Source: Promethearchaeota archaeon (GTDB taxonomy: Archaea > Asgardarchaeota > Lokiarchaeia > Sigyniarchaeales > SOKP01). Taken from it: a stretch of 64,000 nucleotides of DNA. The DNA lies in contig JBHLOY010000008.1 in NCBI GenBank assembly GCA_048939995.1, forward strand, positions 32,001 to 96,000. Direction: 5' to 3'. This document shows, piece after piece, positions 1-8,734 of the stretch. Numbering within the stretch: position 1 is the first letter of the stretch; the number at the start of each line of letters is the position of its first letter. Made by a program: the position numbers and the translations under genes. The notes under the pieces were generated by a model. The model saw only the letters and a program-made list of their open reading frames with translations. It made no database searches and was not told the origin of the DNA.

Positions 1-632
1 CCGTTGTTTTTCTCTGCTGTAGCATAGGCTACTGCCCATTTCGATTTGGGAGCGTTTGTCTGATATATTTTTTCTCCATTTAGTAGAAAACTCCCATCAT
101 TTTGCTCTTCACATAATGTTAGTTGATGTACTGCATCAGAGCCACGTTCGGGCTCAGTTATTAAAAGGCAACCAGGAGCTTGCCCCGTCACCAACTCTTT
201 TAATGCTTCTAATCTTACAGGAATATTTTCATGATGTTCATATATGGGATTTATACCAATTACCGTAGCACCAAAACTCATGGCTAGCTGAGGATCAAAA
301 AAATCAAGAGCTAGAGTTCTCATAAAGTCCATAGCTAAACCATACTCTTGATAATTTTCACCTATGACTTCAAAATCATGTTGACGAGTTATATATCCTT
401 CTTTCCCAAAAGAAGGATACCACTCATAAATATCTTCGTCAGGACCATGAGCAATATGGTTTTCTCTTTCAAAATTTAAGCAAAATTTTTGAATCTCATT
501 AAGGAATTCTAGTTGATCCTCTGAAAGAATGGATACAAGATTTTCATTGAGAAATTTATATCTATACTCAAGACCTAATTTTTCAAGAATTTCATCCTTG
601 ATTGCTTGTGTCTTAAATTTAACCATTTTCAT
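1..632 (-). CDS. Acyl-CoA dehydrogenase, N-terminal part (runs off the left edge)
   Basis: Manual translation from ATG 632 (or 626): MKMVKFKTQ...GCLLITEPERGSDAVHQLT...FLLNGEKIYQTN. TEPxxGSD and NGEKxY motifs; follows etfA. Confidence 0.88.
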   Translation of the reverse strand, partial: MKMVKFKTQAIKDEILEKLGLEYRYKFLNENLVSILSEDQLEFLNEIQKFCLNFERENHIAHGPDEDIYEWYPSFGKEGYITRQHDFEVIGENYQEYGLAMDFMRTLALDFFDPQLAMSFGATVIGINPIYEHHENIPVRLEALKELVTGQAPGCLLITEPERGSDAVHQLTLCEEQNDGSFLLNGEKIYQTNAPKSKWAVAYATAEKNN

Positions 633-735
633 TCCCTTTTTAGATATTTACTGTTAATTCAACTTTTATAAATTTAAATCTTAAAAACAATGAAAATACT
701 AAAATACTAAAAAAAAAGATCTTTCAATATAGAAA

Positions 736-1932
736 TCAATTTTGACTGAATTTCATTTTTAAAGCTTGAGTTAATAAAGGCACTACCTCACATAAGTCTC
801 CAACAATCCCATAATTGGCAATATTGAATATTGCAGCATTAGGATCTTTATTTATAGCAATTATTATATCACTACTTCTCATCCCAACCATATGTTGGAT
901 TGTACCGCTTATTCCACAAGCTATATAAATCTTAGGAGAGACAGTATTACCACTCTGTCCAACCTGCCGTGATTTTGGAATCCAACCCAAATCAACTGCT
1001 GCTCTACTTGCCCCCACAGCTGCATTTAAAACGCTAGCTAAATCTTCAATTAACTTAAAATTCTCTTTACTTCCAACGCCTCTTCCACCAGATACAATAG
1101 TATCAGCTTCACAAACTGGAATCCCGCATTCGGCTGCTGTCCCCTTAATCTCTTCTTTTACTTTTACCTTTAAACCTTGAAGATCTACCTTTATAGGTAT
1201 CTCAATGATCTCTGCATTATTATCACCATCTTGAATCGGTGCTGGTTCCATTACATTGGGTCTAACAGTTGCCATTTGAGGCCTTGTTGAAGGACAGATA
1301 ATATCAGCCATAATATTACCTCCAAATGCAGGTCTAGTTTGTAATAATAAGCCATCTCGTATAGATAACCCGGTACAATCAGCAGTAAGACCTAATCGGA
1401 GTGTTGCGGCTACTCGTGGTGCTAAATCTCTTCCATTTATAGTTGCGGGATACAATACAATATTTGGGTTAAATTTCGAAATTATCCCAGTGATTACAGA
1501 AGAATATATTTCGGTAGAGTAATCCTTTAATGCTTCATGTTCAGCAACGTATACCTTGTTTGCACCTCGTTTAGAAAAATCTTGAATAAATTTTTTTACA
1601 TTATCTCCTATAAGTAGCACACATACGTTTTGATTTAATTCATTTGTAAGTTCCTTAGCTTTACCTAATAGTTCGTATGAAACATTTCTAACATTACCAT
1701 CCTTTATTTCTGCAATAATCCATATATCTTGATATTTTGATAGGTCAACTTCTTCAATCTTTTTTCTTTGGATAGTTATTGCGCCTACATTACATTTATC
1801 AACACAAGCACCACAAAGAGTACATTCATCCCCTATCTCGGCAATTTTATTTACAATTATTATAGCACCAAATGGACATGCTTTTTCACATAATCCACAT
1901 CCAGTACATTTCTCCTTATCTACATTTATCAA
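736..1932 (-). CDS. etfA: Electron transfer flavoprotein alpha subunit with N-terminal 2x[4Fe-4S] ferredoxin domain
   Basis: CxxCxxCxxxCP ferredoxin motifs; RPAFGGN, SGGRG, QVGQSG, YIACGISG motifs. Confidence 0.95.
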   Translation of the reverse strand: MINVDKEKCTGCGLCEKACPFGAIIIVNKIAEIGDECTLCGACVDKCNVGAITIQRKKIEEVDLSKYQDIWIIAEIKDGNVRNVSYELLGKAKELTNELNQNVCVLLIGDNVKKFIQDFSKRGANKVYVAEHEALKDYSTEIYSSVITGIISKFNPNIVLYPATINGRDLAPRVAATLRLGLTADCTGLSIRDGLLLQTRPAFGGNIMADIICPSTRPQMATVRPNVMEPAPIQDGDNNAEIIEIPIKVDLQGLKVKVKEEIKGTAAECGIPVCEADTIVSGGRGVGSKENFKLIEDLASVLNAAVGASRAAVDLGWIPKSRQVGQSGNTVSPKIYIACGISGTIQHMVGMRSSDIIIAINKDPNAAIFNIANYGIVGDLCEVVPLLTQALKMKFSQN

Positions 1933-1933
1933 A

Positions 1934-2722
1934 TTAAATCACCTTATCTTTGGATAATAATTCAACTAATTTTTGAACAGAAATTCCAGGTGTCTCTTCT
2001 TCTATTATAACCCCTTGTGGCCTTGTAGGTGGAGAATAAACTTTTATTACTTCTGTTAATGACCCATTTAATCCAAAATCCTCTTTATTACCACCAAGTT
2101 CATCTGCATCCCATGTAAAAAATGGCTTTTTATTAGCTTTCATTATACTCATCATGGGAGGATTTGTTGGTTCGAATGAAGATGGAGTAATTCCAGTTAT
2201 AAGCACCGGGAGTCTTACCTCCACAATTTTGTATCCATCATCAGTTTGAACCTTAGCCGTTAACTTTTTTCCTTCTAGTTTTTCAACATTCTCACAGTAA
2301 GTTATCTGTGGTATCCCTAATTGAGCTGCAATTTCAGGACCAACTTGAGCTGTATCTCCATCTATTGCTTGCAAACCACAGAATATAATATCAAAATTTC
2401 CAAGTTTCTCTATACACTTGACAAGTGTATAGGATGTGGCCCACGTATCTGCACCAGCAAATGCTTTATCAGTTAATAGGATTGCCTCATCTGCCCCCAA
2501 TGCAAGACATTTTAATAAGGCTTTTTTCGCTTGAGGAGGTCCCATAGAAATGACAGTAATTTTATCATCTTCTTTTCTAATCTTGATCGCTTCTTCAAGA
2601 GCAAACTGATCAAAAGGATTCAAGATACTAGGAACACCCTCTCTTATTAAAGTATTAGTTTCAGGGTGAATTTTAACCTCTGTCGTATCCGGAACTTGCT
2701 TTACACATACCACAAATCTCAT
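1934..2722 (-). CDS. etfB: Electron transfer flavoprotein beta subunit
   Basis: VCVKQVPDT, NPFD, GADTWATS, DGDTAQVGP motifs. Confidence 0.96.
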   Translation of the reverse strand: MRFVVCVKQVPDTTEVKIHPETNTLIREGVPSILNPFDQFALEEAIKIRKEDDKITVISMGPPQAKKALLKCLALGADEAILLTDKAFAGADTWATSYTLVKCIEKLGNFDIIFCGLQAIDGDTAQVGPEIAAQLGIPQITYCENVEKLEGKKLTAKVQTDDGYKIVEVRLPVLITGITPSSFEPTNPPMMSIMKANKKPFFTWDADELGGNKEDFGLNGSLTEVIKVYSPPTRPQGVIIEEETPGISVQKLVELLSKDKVI

Positions 2723-2790
2723 AATTTATCAAAAATTAATATTATAGATTTAGATCAAATAGAGATATTAAAAATATAAAAAAAAGTTAA

Positions 2791-3975
2791 TTAATATTGT
2801 TTCTTACCGAGTATCTCTCTGGATACTATCATCTTCATAACTTCTGAACTTCCTTCTGCAAGTGAAAATGATCTAACTGCTCGCCATGCAGCTTGGTCAA
2901 GGCATTCCCGTGAATATCCAAAAGCTCCTTGCCATTGCATTACGTCATTTATAGCTTCACATGCCCATTGAGAACAAAACATTTTTCCCATAGCCACAAT
3001 TTTACTTGTTTCAAATCTACTCACTTTCCCCTGTTGCTCTAAATCAATGGTTTTTAATGCTCTGTATCCCCAATCTCTTAACATATTCAATTTAGTATAA
3101 TGTTCAGCCAATTTAAAGTTAATTCCTTGATATTGGGCTAATGTCTTTCCAAATGATTTTCTTTGCTGGATATAATTCATTCCATTTTCAAGTGATTTCA
3201 AACCAGCAGAAGCACATATAACCGTAATTAATGCCCTCGCGTATTCATACCCTTCATGTACTATATAGAATCCCTTATTTTCCTCACCAATAATATAATG
3301 TTTGGGAATTTTTACTTTATCAATTGAAAATCCTCCGCAAGAAATGCCTTCTCGTCCTAAATCAGGCACATAAGTAGGAGTAATACCATCAACTGTTAAA
3401 GGTAAATAGAACATCGTCATTCCTCTTGTCCCAAGCTCAGGTGACTGATGTGCTATTGTTACATGCCCACCACCATATGTTACAGCTTCCTTCACTCCAC
3501 TAATATACATTTTTTCACCATTTACGACAAAATTATCGCCATCAGGTTTTATTGTCGTTTTAGTGGCTCCTACATCAGAACCTGCATCACTTTCAGTTGT
3601 TGCTATCCCAAGAAACCATTCCCCTGATACTGTTTTTGGAAATATTTCTTGTTTAGCTTCTTCTGTTCCATACTTGTTTAGTAGAAAACCCCAAGATGCT
3701 GGAACTAGAAAGTAGACGCATGTAGAGCCTGTACAATCCGCTCTTGCTAATTCTTCAGCGATCACACCACAACTCACAGCACTTAAGGCTGAGCCTCCAT
3801 ACTTTTCATCTGCAGTGCAAGTCATTAAACCTAATTCTGCCATCCCTTTAACGACGTCTCGGGGTATTTCTTTTGTTTCTTCCATTTTAAGAGATATTGG
3901 AGCAATTTTACTCTGAGCAAATTCTCTTACACTTTCCCGAATCATTTCTTGTTCTTCAGTAAAGTTTATACTCAT
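2791..3975 (-). CDS. Acyl-CoA dehydrogenase
   Basis: TESDAGSD, NGEKMYIS, RKSFGK, GAFGY, EGSSEV motifs; upstream of etfBA. Confidence 0.93.
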   Translation of the reverse strand: MSINFTEEQEMIRESVREFAQSKIAPISLKMEETKEIPRDVVKGMAELGLMTCTADEKYGGSALSAVSCGVIAEELARADCTGSTCVYFLVPASWGFLLNKYGTEEAKQEIFPKTVSGEWFLGIATTESDAGSDVGATKTTIKPDGDNFVVNGEKMYISGVKEAVTYGGGHVTIAHQSPELGTRGMTMFYLPLTVDGITPTYVPDLGREGISCGGFSIDKVKIPKHYIIGEENKGFYIVHEGYEYARALITVICASAGLKSLENGMNYIQQRKSFGKTLAQYQGINFKLAEHYTKLNMLRDWGYRALKTIDLEQQGKVSRFETSKIVAMGKMFCSQWACEAINDVMQWQGAFGYSRECLDQAAWRAVRSFSLAEGSSEVMKMIVSREILGKKQY

Positions 3976-4141
3976 TCTTTTTCCCTTTTTGACGAATTTT
4001 TAATCAGTTTTAGATTGTTAATCATTAAAACCTTTAGTGAATTTAGTAAAATCGAATAATTCTTAAGTTTTATTATTCGAATATAAATCATCTAAAAAGA
4101 ATTTGTGAAGATTTTTATTTGAAATGACAGTGTGATTTTTA

Positions 4142-5227
4142 ATGAAAATTAATACTGAAAGAACTATTACATTAAAGGATCAAATCAAGAGATTTGCTAT
4201 AGAAAGTTTATATGGATTTAACATTATCATTTTAATCGGAATGGGCAGAAAATTAGGTATATTTGATTATTTTTATCTAAAGGGTAAAAAAGTGCCAACA
4301 TCTGATTATACAATTTTAAGATTCACACCTCAAGAATTATCCGATAACCTTGGTTTAGATAAAGAATATTTAGATGCATGGATTCATTTAGCACTTGAGT
4401 GTGATATATTTGAAATAGATAATGCTCAAAAAGAACAGTTAAGGTCCTCTCCTTATATTTATGAGTTACTTATTGATTTCAACCATAATTCATATGTGGG
4501 AGGTACTCTTGGTGCTTTTTATAATATAGCCTTACTTCAAGAGTTGATGTTAAATAATTTCAAAACAGGTAAATCAATAAATCTCCTTCAATTACCTCCT
4601 GAGATTGTAAAAGAATTGCAAGAACGAAGTAGAAGATTTGGAAATTTGATATATAGTCTATTTGCAAAACATTATAAAGATTTCTGTGAAAAGTTAAATG
4701 AAAGTGGCATAATTCTCGAAGTTGGATGTGGTTATGGATATAATCTTGAAACTTGGGTAAAAATGTTCAAAAAAGCACGATTCGTGGGGATTGATATAGA
4801 CCCAGTAGCTATTTCATCAACACAGAAAATGATAGAACAAAATAATTGGAATCAAAGAGTGAAATTAATTAATTGTAATATTCATGAATATAAAAATGCT
4901 ATAAAAGAGAAGTTTAATTTAATCATTTTAAATCAAGTTCTTCATGAAATGAATCTTAACGATGATTCCAGCATCCTCCTCTTTAAAGATTTATATAATC
5001 TGTTAAAAGACGAAGGAATTTTGCTTGTTGGTGAGAGTATGATTCCTGACACTTTTGCTCCCAAGAGTAAATTTCAACTTTTTGACATTACTCATAAGTT
5101 CTCTGAAGCGGGTTCTGCGCGCTTTTACAATGAGAAATCATTTAAAGAGTTTATTGATTCAACGCCGTTTACGAAAACCAAATTTATAAGAGAAGGAGGA
5201 ACTTATTTCTGGGTTATAAAAAAATAA
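4142..5227 (+). CDS. Class I SAM-dependent methyltransferase with N-terminal winged helix
   Basis: ILEVGCGYG motif I, VGIDID, LHEM. Confidence 0.85.
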   Translation: MKINTERTITLKDQIKRFAIESLYGFNIIILIGMGRKLGIFDYFYLKGKKVPTSDYTILRFTPQELSDNLGLDKEYLDAWIHLALECDIFEIDNAQKEQLRSSPYIYELLIDFNHNSYVGGTLGAFYNIALLQELMLNNFKTGKSINLLQLPPEIVKELQERSRRFGNLIYSLFAKHYKDFCEKLNESGIILEVGCGYGYNLETWVKMFKKARFVGIDIDPVAISSTQKMIEQNNWNQRVKLINCNIHEYKNAIKEKFNLIILNQVLHEMNLNDDSSILLFKDLYNLLKDEGILLVGESMIPDTFAPKSKFQLFDITHKFSEAGSARFYNEKSFKEFIDSTPFTKTKFIREGGTYFWVIKK

Positions 5228-5326
5228 AAATGACAAAAAAAATATTTTTTAGGTTGGTTTTGTAGATTTAACGTTTATTCCTTAAAGCTGTTTGAACTTT
5301 AGGATTGCCAACTAAAGTTTGGTATT

Positions 5327-5464
5327 TTAACCGCAACAAGATTTATTACTTGATTGCTCCTTAGTACTTTTTTCTACAGTAGAAGGAGAACCACAACAAC
5401 TTGAAGATTTTGGTACTTTATCTCCGCTTTCTTTAACAACCTCTTTTATTTTAGGCTCTTCCAT
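5327..5464 (-). CDS. 45-aa Cys-pair micro-protein (not in ORF track)
   Basis: MEEPKIKEVVKESGDKVPKSSSCCGSPSTVEKSTKEQSSNKSCCG*; SD-like AGGAGTGA just upstream; TTTATATA box at about 5551-5558 on minus strand. Confidence 0.7.
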   Translation of the reverse strand: MEEPKIKEVVKESGDKVPKSSSCCGSPSTVEKSTKEQSSNKSCCG

Positions 5465-5622
5465 ATAAATGATCACTCCTTTTTAATTATTGAAAGTTGA
5501 TATTAATATTTAAAAAATTATTTTGTTTGAATATTTATAGTTAACTTCCATATATAAAGGTTCCGTAAATTTCGGTTCCGAATCATCCTAACGAAATTTT
5601 TGAATTAAAAGGAGGTTATTAG

Positions 5623-6102
5623 TTAACACTCTTCTACCTCGTCAGGATCGAAAGACGAAGATAATTTTTTAAGCAAGGTGATGAGCTGGTTAATCTCATC
5701 GACTTTCAAATCTCCACAACAACTTTTTAGTATGGGTTCTATTGGAGGAGTCATATTCTCAATCTTTTTTCCTTTATCTGTAAGAACAACTAAAATACTT
5801 CGTCTATCATTTGGATTTGCTTTACGGTAAACTAATTTATTCTTTTCCATTGTGTCTATAATGCCTGTTATGGTAGATTGTGAACAACAACAAGCAGATG
5901 CCAAATCTTTAAATGGCCTAGCATCAGATTCCCATAGTTGTTGTAAAATAGAGTATTGCGCGGATGTTAGATTTTCATCTTGTATTATTTTGCGCTGCAA
6001 TTTTTCATATTTCTTATTAATTTTATTTATCAAATGAAAAATTTGATTAAAGTTAATGGTCCTTAAATCTTCTTTTTCACATGTAGATTTATCTTCAAAC
6101 AT
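5623..6102 (-). CDS. MarR-family transcriptional regulator, Cys-rich
   Basis: LTSAQYSIL, STITGIIDTMEKNKLV, DRRSILVVLTDKG wing; CCC and CC clusters. Confidence 0.9.
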   Translation of the reverse strand: MFEDKSTCEKEDLRTINFNQIFHLINKINKKYEKLQRKIIQDENLTSAQYSILQQLWESDARPFKDLASACCCSQSTITGIIDTMEKNKLVYRKANPNDRRSILVVLTDKGKKIENMTPPIEPILKSCCGDLKVDEINQLITLLKKLSSSFDPDEVEEC

Positions 6103-6238
6103 TAATTAAAATCCTAAATATTTGGTATTGAATAATCTATATCCTTAATATAATTATTTTTTATTCTTTAATATTTTTCTCATTACTTTTAAGTAGTAGA
6201 GGATTTTCAAGGAGATATAAAAAAAATTAATTTAAATT

Positions 6239-7585
6239 TTATTTTAGGTTTTCATTTCTTATAATGGTTGCGGCACCCATTCCTAAGCCTACACACATCG
6301 AAGATATTGCGAACTCTTTTCCTGATCTTTCTAATTGATGGAGATTTGTACCAATTAATCTACAACCAGTGGCACCTGTTGGATGACCCAATGCAATAGC
6401 ACCACCCCATGGATTAAGTCTCTCATCTCTCCAATCTAATCCTAGTTCATAACAAGAGGCATAAACTACAGGGCTAAATGCCTCATTTATTTCAATGAAA
6501 TCCATATCATTTAATTTCATATTGGCTCTTCTTAAAGCTTCAGGAATGGCATCGATTGGACCCGTGAGCATTAATACTGGATCTGTTCCAATTGCTATAT
6601 AATCTACAATTGTAGCTCTAGGTTTTAAGCCTAATTCTTCAGCTAGACCTCTAGTCATCCATAATTGAGCTGCTGCACCATCACTGGTCGGGCAACTATT
6701 ACCTGCTGTAAGAAAAGCTTGGCTTTTTCTACCAATAATTGTTCTTAGACTTGCTAATTTTTCCATAGAAGTTTCTGGTCTAGGAGTCTCATCCTTCTTT
6801 GTTAATACGGAAAGACTTGCATCTTTAGCTACTTGATTTTTATCATTTAGCAGAGGCTTTCCATTTTCATCAAGCTTAGGACACCAAATTGGCTCAATTT
6901 CTTCTCCTCTCTCATCCCAAGTGGAACATGCTTTATTATGTGAGTGTAATGACAGACTATCCATTTCATTTCTAAAATCTTCTAAACTTAGTCCGGATTT
7001 TTTCATCCAAACTTGACCCATAACGTGAGCGGAGTTAATTTGACCTGCAAAAGAGGTTTTATGTTCTTCTAATTTTTGAGCTACAAATGGATGAGTTAAA
7101 ATTTTCCCATTAGGTGCTATCATAACTTGCTTTCCTTGATTCTCATCAAAAATGTATGAATCAGCCATAATAGGATAACGATTTTGTACCTCAACTCCAC
7201 CACATATTACACAATCATTAATCCCAGATGCGATAGCTTGCCATGCTGACATAACCGATTGAGCGCCACTCGCACATTGGCGATTTATGGAGAAACCTGG
7301 AACTGTTATGGGCAAATGAGCTGCCAAAGCGGCAGTCCTTCCAATATCCAACGCACAATCACCAATTTGGCTGTTGCATGAAACGATGGAATCTCCAATG
7401 ATTCTAGGATCAAAATCATTTCTATTAATAATTGTTTGATAACAATGTACAACTAAATCATCGCCTCTATGAAGCCCTACAGTTCCTCTTCTTTTGCCAA
7501 TTGGAGTTCTTGCATAATCAATTAATACAGGCTCTCGTTTCGGATCTTTAAAATACTTATTATATAAATTGATAGGTTCTGGCAT
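6239..7585 (-). CDS. Thiolase (acetyl-CoA C-acyltransferase)
   Basis: NRQCASG, NEAF, GGAIALGHPTGATG, MCVGLGMG motifs. Confidence 0.95.
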   Translation of the reverse strand: MPEPINLYNKYFKDPKREPVLIDYARTPIGKRRGTVGLHRGDDLVVHCYQTIINRNDFDPRIIGDSIVSCNSQIGDCALDIGRTAALAAHLPITVPGFSINRQCASGAQSVMSAWQAIASGINDCVICGGVEVQNRYPIMADSYIFDENQGKQVMIAPNGKILTHPFVAQKLEEHKTSFAGQINSAHVMGQVWMKKSGLSLEDFRNEMDSLSLHSHNKACSTWDERGEEIEPIWCPKLDENGKPLLNDKNQVAKDASLSVLTKKDETPRPETSMEKLASLRTIIGRKSQAFLTAGNSCPTSDGAAAQLWMTRGLAEELGLKPRATIVDYIAIGTDPVLMLTGPIDAIPEALRRANMKLNDMDFIEINEAFSPVVYASCYELGLDWRDERLNPWGGAIALGHPTGATGCRLIGTNLHQLERSGKEFAISSMCVGLGMGAATIIRNENLK

Positions 7586-7813
7586 AATTATTTAATTAGT
7601 TGTAATTTTGGGGAGGTAAATGATTTTTTATTAATTAAATTTCTTTAAAATGGATATCTAAATGAATAAATACTCAAAATTTCAAAATTGTAAAAAATTA
7701 AATGGATTTTTTCCTTCCCTCTGATTCATAAGTAATAATTAAATCTTTTAATAAATAAAATTTAATACGATAGAAGTATTCATTTGTTTGGATAAAGTTA
7801 AATAAAGAAATAA

Positions 7814-8722
7814 ATGAATATTATGCTGAAAGGAATCCATTTCCTGTTAACTTATGCATGTAATTATGAATGTGATCACTGTTTTCTATATTGTGGACCA
7901 AATTCTAAGGGCACTTTTACAATGGATCAAATTGGGCAGATACTCAATGAGGCGGATAAAATTGGAACCATAGATTGGATTTATTTTGAAGGAGGGGAAC
8001 CATTTCTTTATTATCCCCTCATGATTGAAGGTATTAAAAAAGCTAAAGAGAAGGGTTATAAGGTTGGAATAGTTACAAATTCATATTGGGCTACTTGTGA
8101 GAAAGATGCAGAGATATGGTTAAAACCTATTTCAGAATTTGCCATAAAAGATTTTACTGTAAGCGATGATAGCTTTCATTATAATGTTGAGGCTGAAAAT
8201 CTCTCTAAAATCGCGAGGAAATCAGCAATTGCTTTAGGGCTTCCAGTAGGTTCGATAAGTATTGATGAGCCTACATTTGAGTATGGAATTGAGAAAGAAC
8301 ATGAAAAGGGAACTCCAGTAATCAAAGGAGGCGCTATGTTTCGAGGAAGAGCTATTGAAAAACTAACTAAGGATTTACCACAGAGACCTTGGGAAGATTT
8401 AAATAAATGCCCATATGAAGATTTAGAAGGTCTTGGTAGAATCCATGTTGATTCTTTTGGAAATGCCCAAATTTGCCAAGGTTTAAGCATAGGAAACTTT
8501 TGGAAAACTAATCTTTCTAAGATAATTAAGAAGTATGATCCATATTCCCATCCAATAATTAGCCAATTGCACCAAGGTGGTCCTGCCGCATTAGTAAAAA
8601 AATTTGATATTGAACATGAAAATACTTATGTCGATGAATGTCATTTTTGTTTTTTGGCTAGAAAAGCATTATTAGATATCTATCCGGAATATTTAGGGCC
8701 AAAACAAGTGTATGGCTTTTAA
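7814..8722 (+). CDS. Radical SAM protein
   Basis: CNYECDHC (CxxxCxxC), GGEP, C-terminal Cys cluster. Confidence 0.9.
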   Translation: MNIMLKGIHFLLTYACNYECDHCFLYCGPNSKGTFTMDQIGQILNEADKIGTIDWIYFEGGEPFLYYPLMIEGIKKAKEKGYKVGIVTNSYWATCEKDAEIWLKPISEFAIKDFTVSDDSFHYNVEAENLSKIARKSAIALGLPVGSISIDEPTFEYGIEKEHEKGTPVIKGGAMFRGRAIEKLTKDLPQRPWEDLNKCPYEDLEGLGRIHVDSFGNAQICQGLSIGNFWKTNLSKIIKKYDPYSHPIISQLHQGGPAALVKKFDIEHENTYVDECHFCFLARKALLDIYPEYLGPKQVYGF

Positions 8723-8734
8723 TCTTTCACCTTT

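Noticed and set aside
56-268. 70-aa plus-strand ORF
   Set aside because: Antisense shadow of the partial acyl-CoA dehydrogenase on the minus strand.
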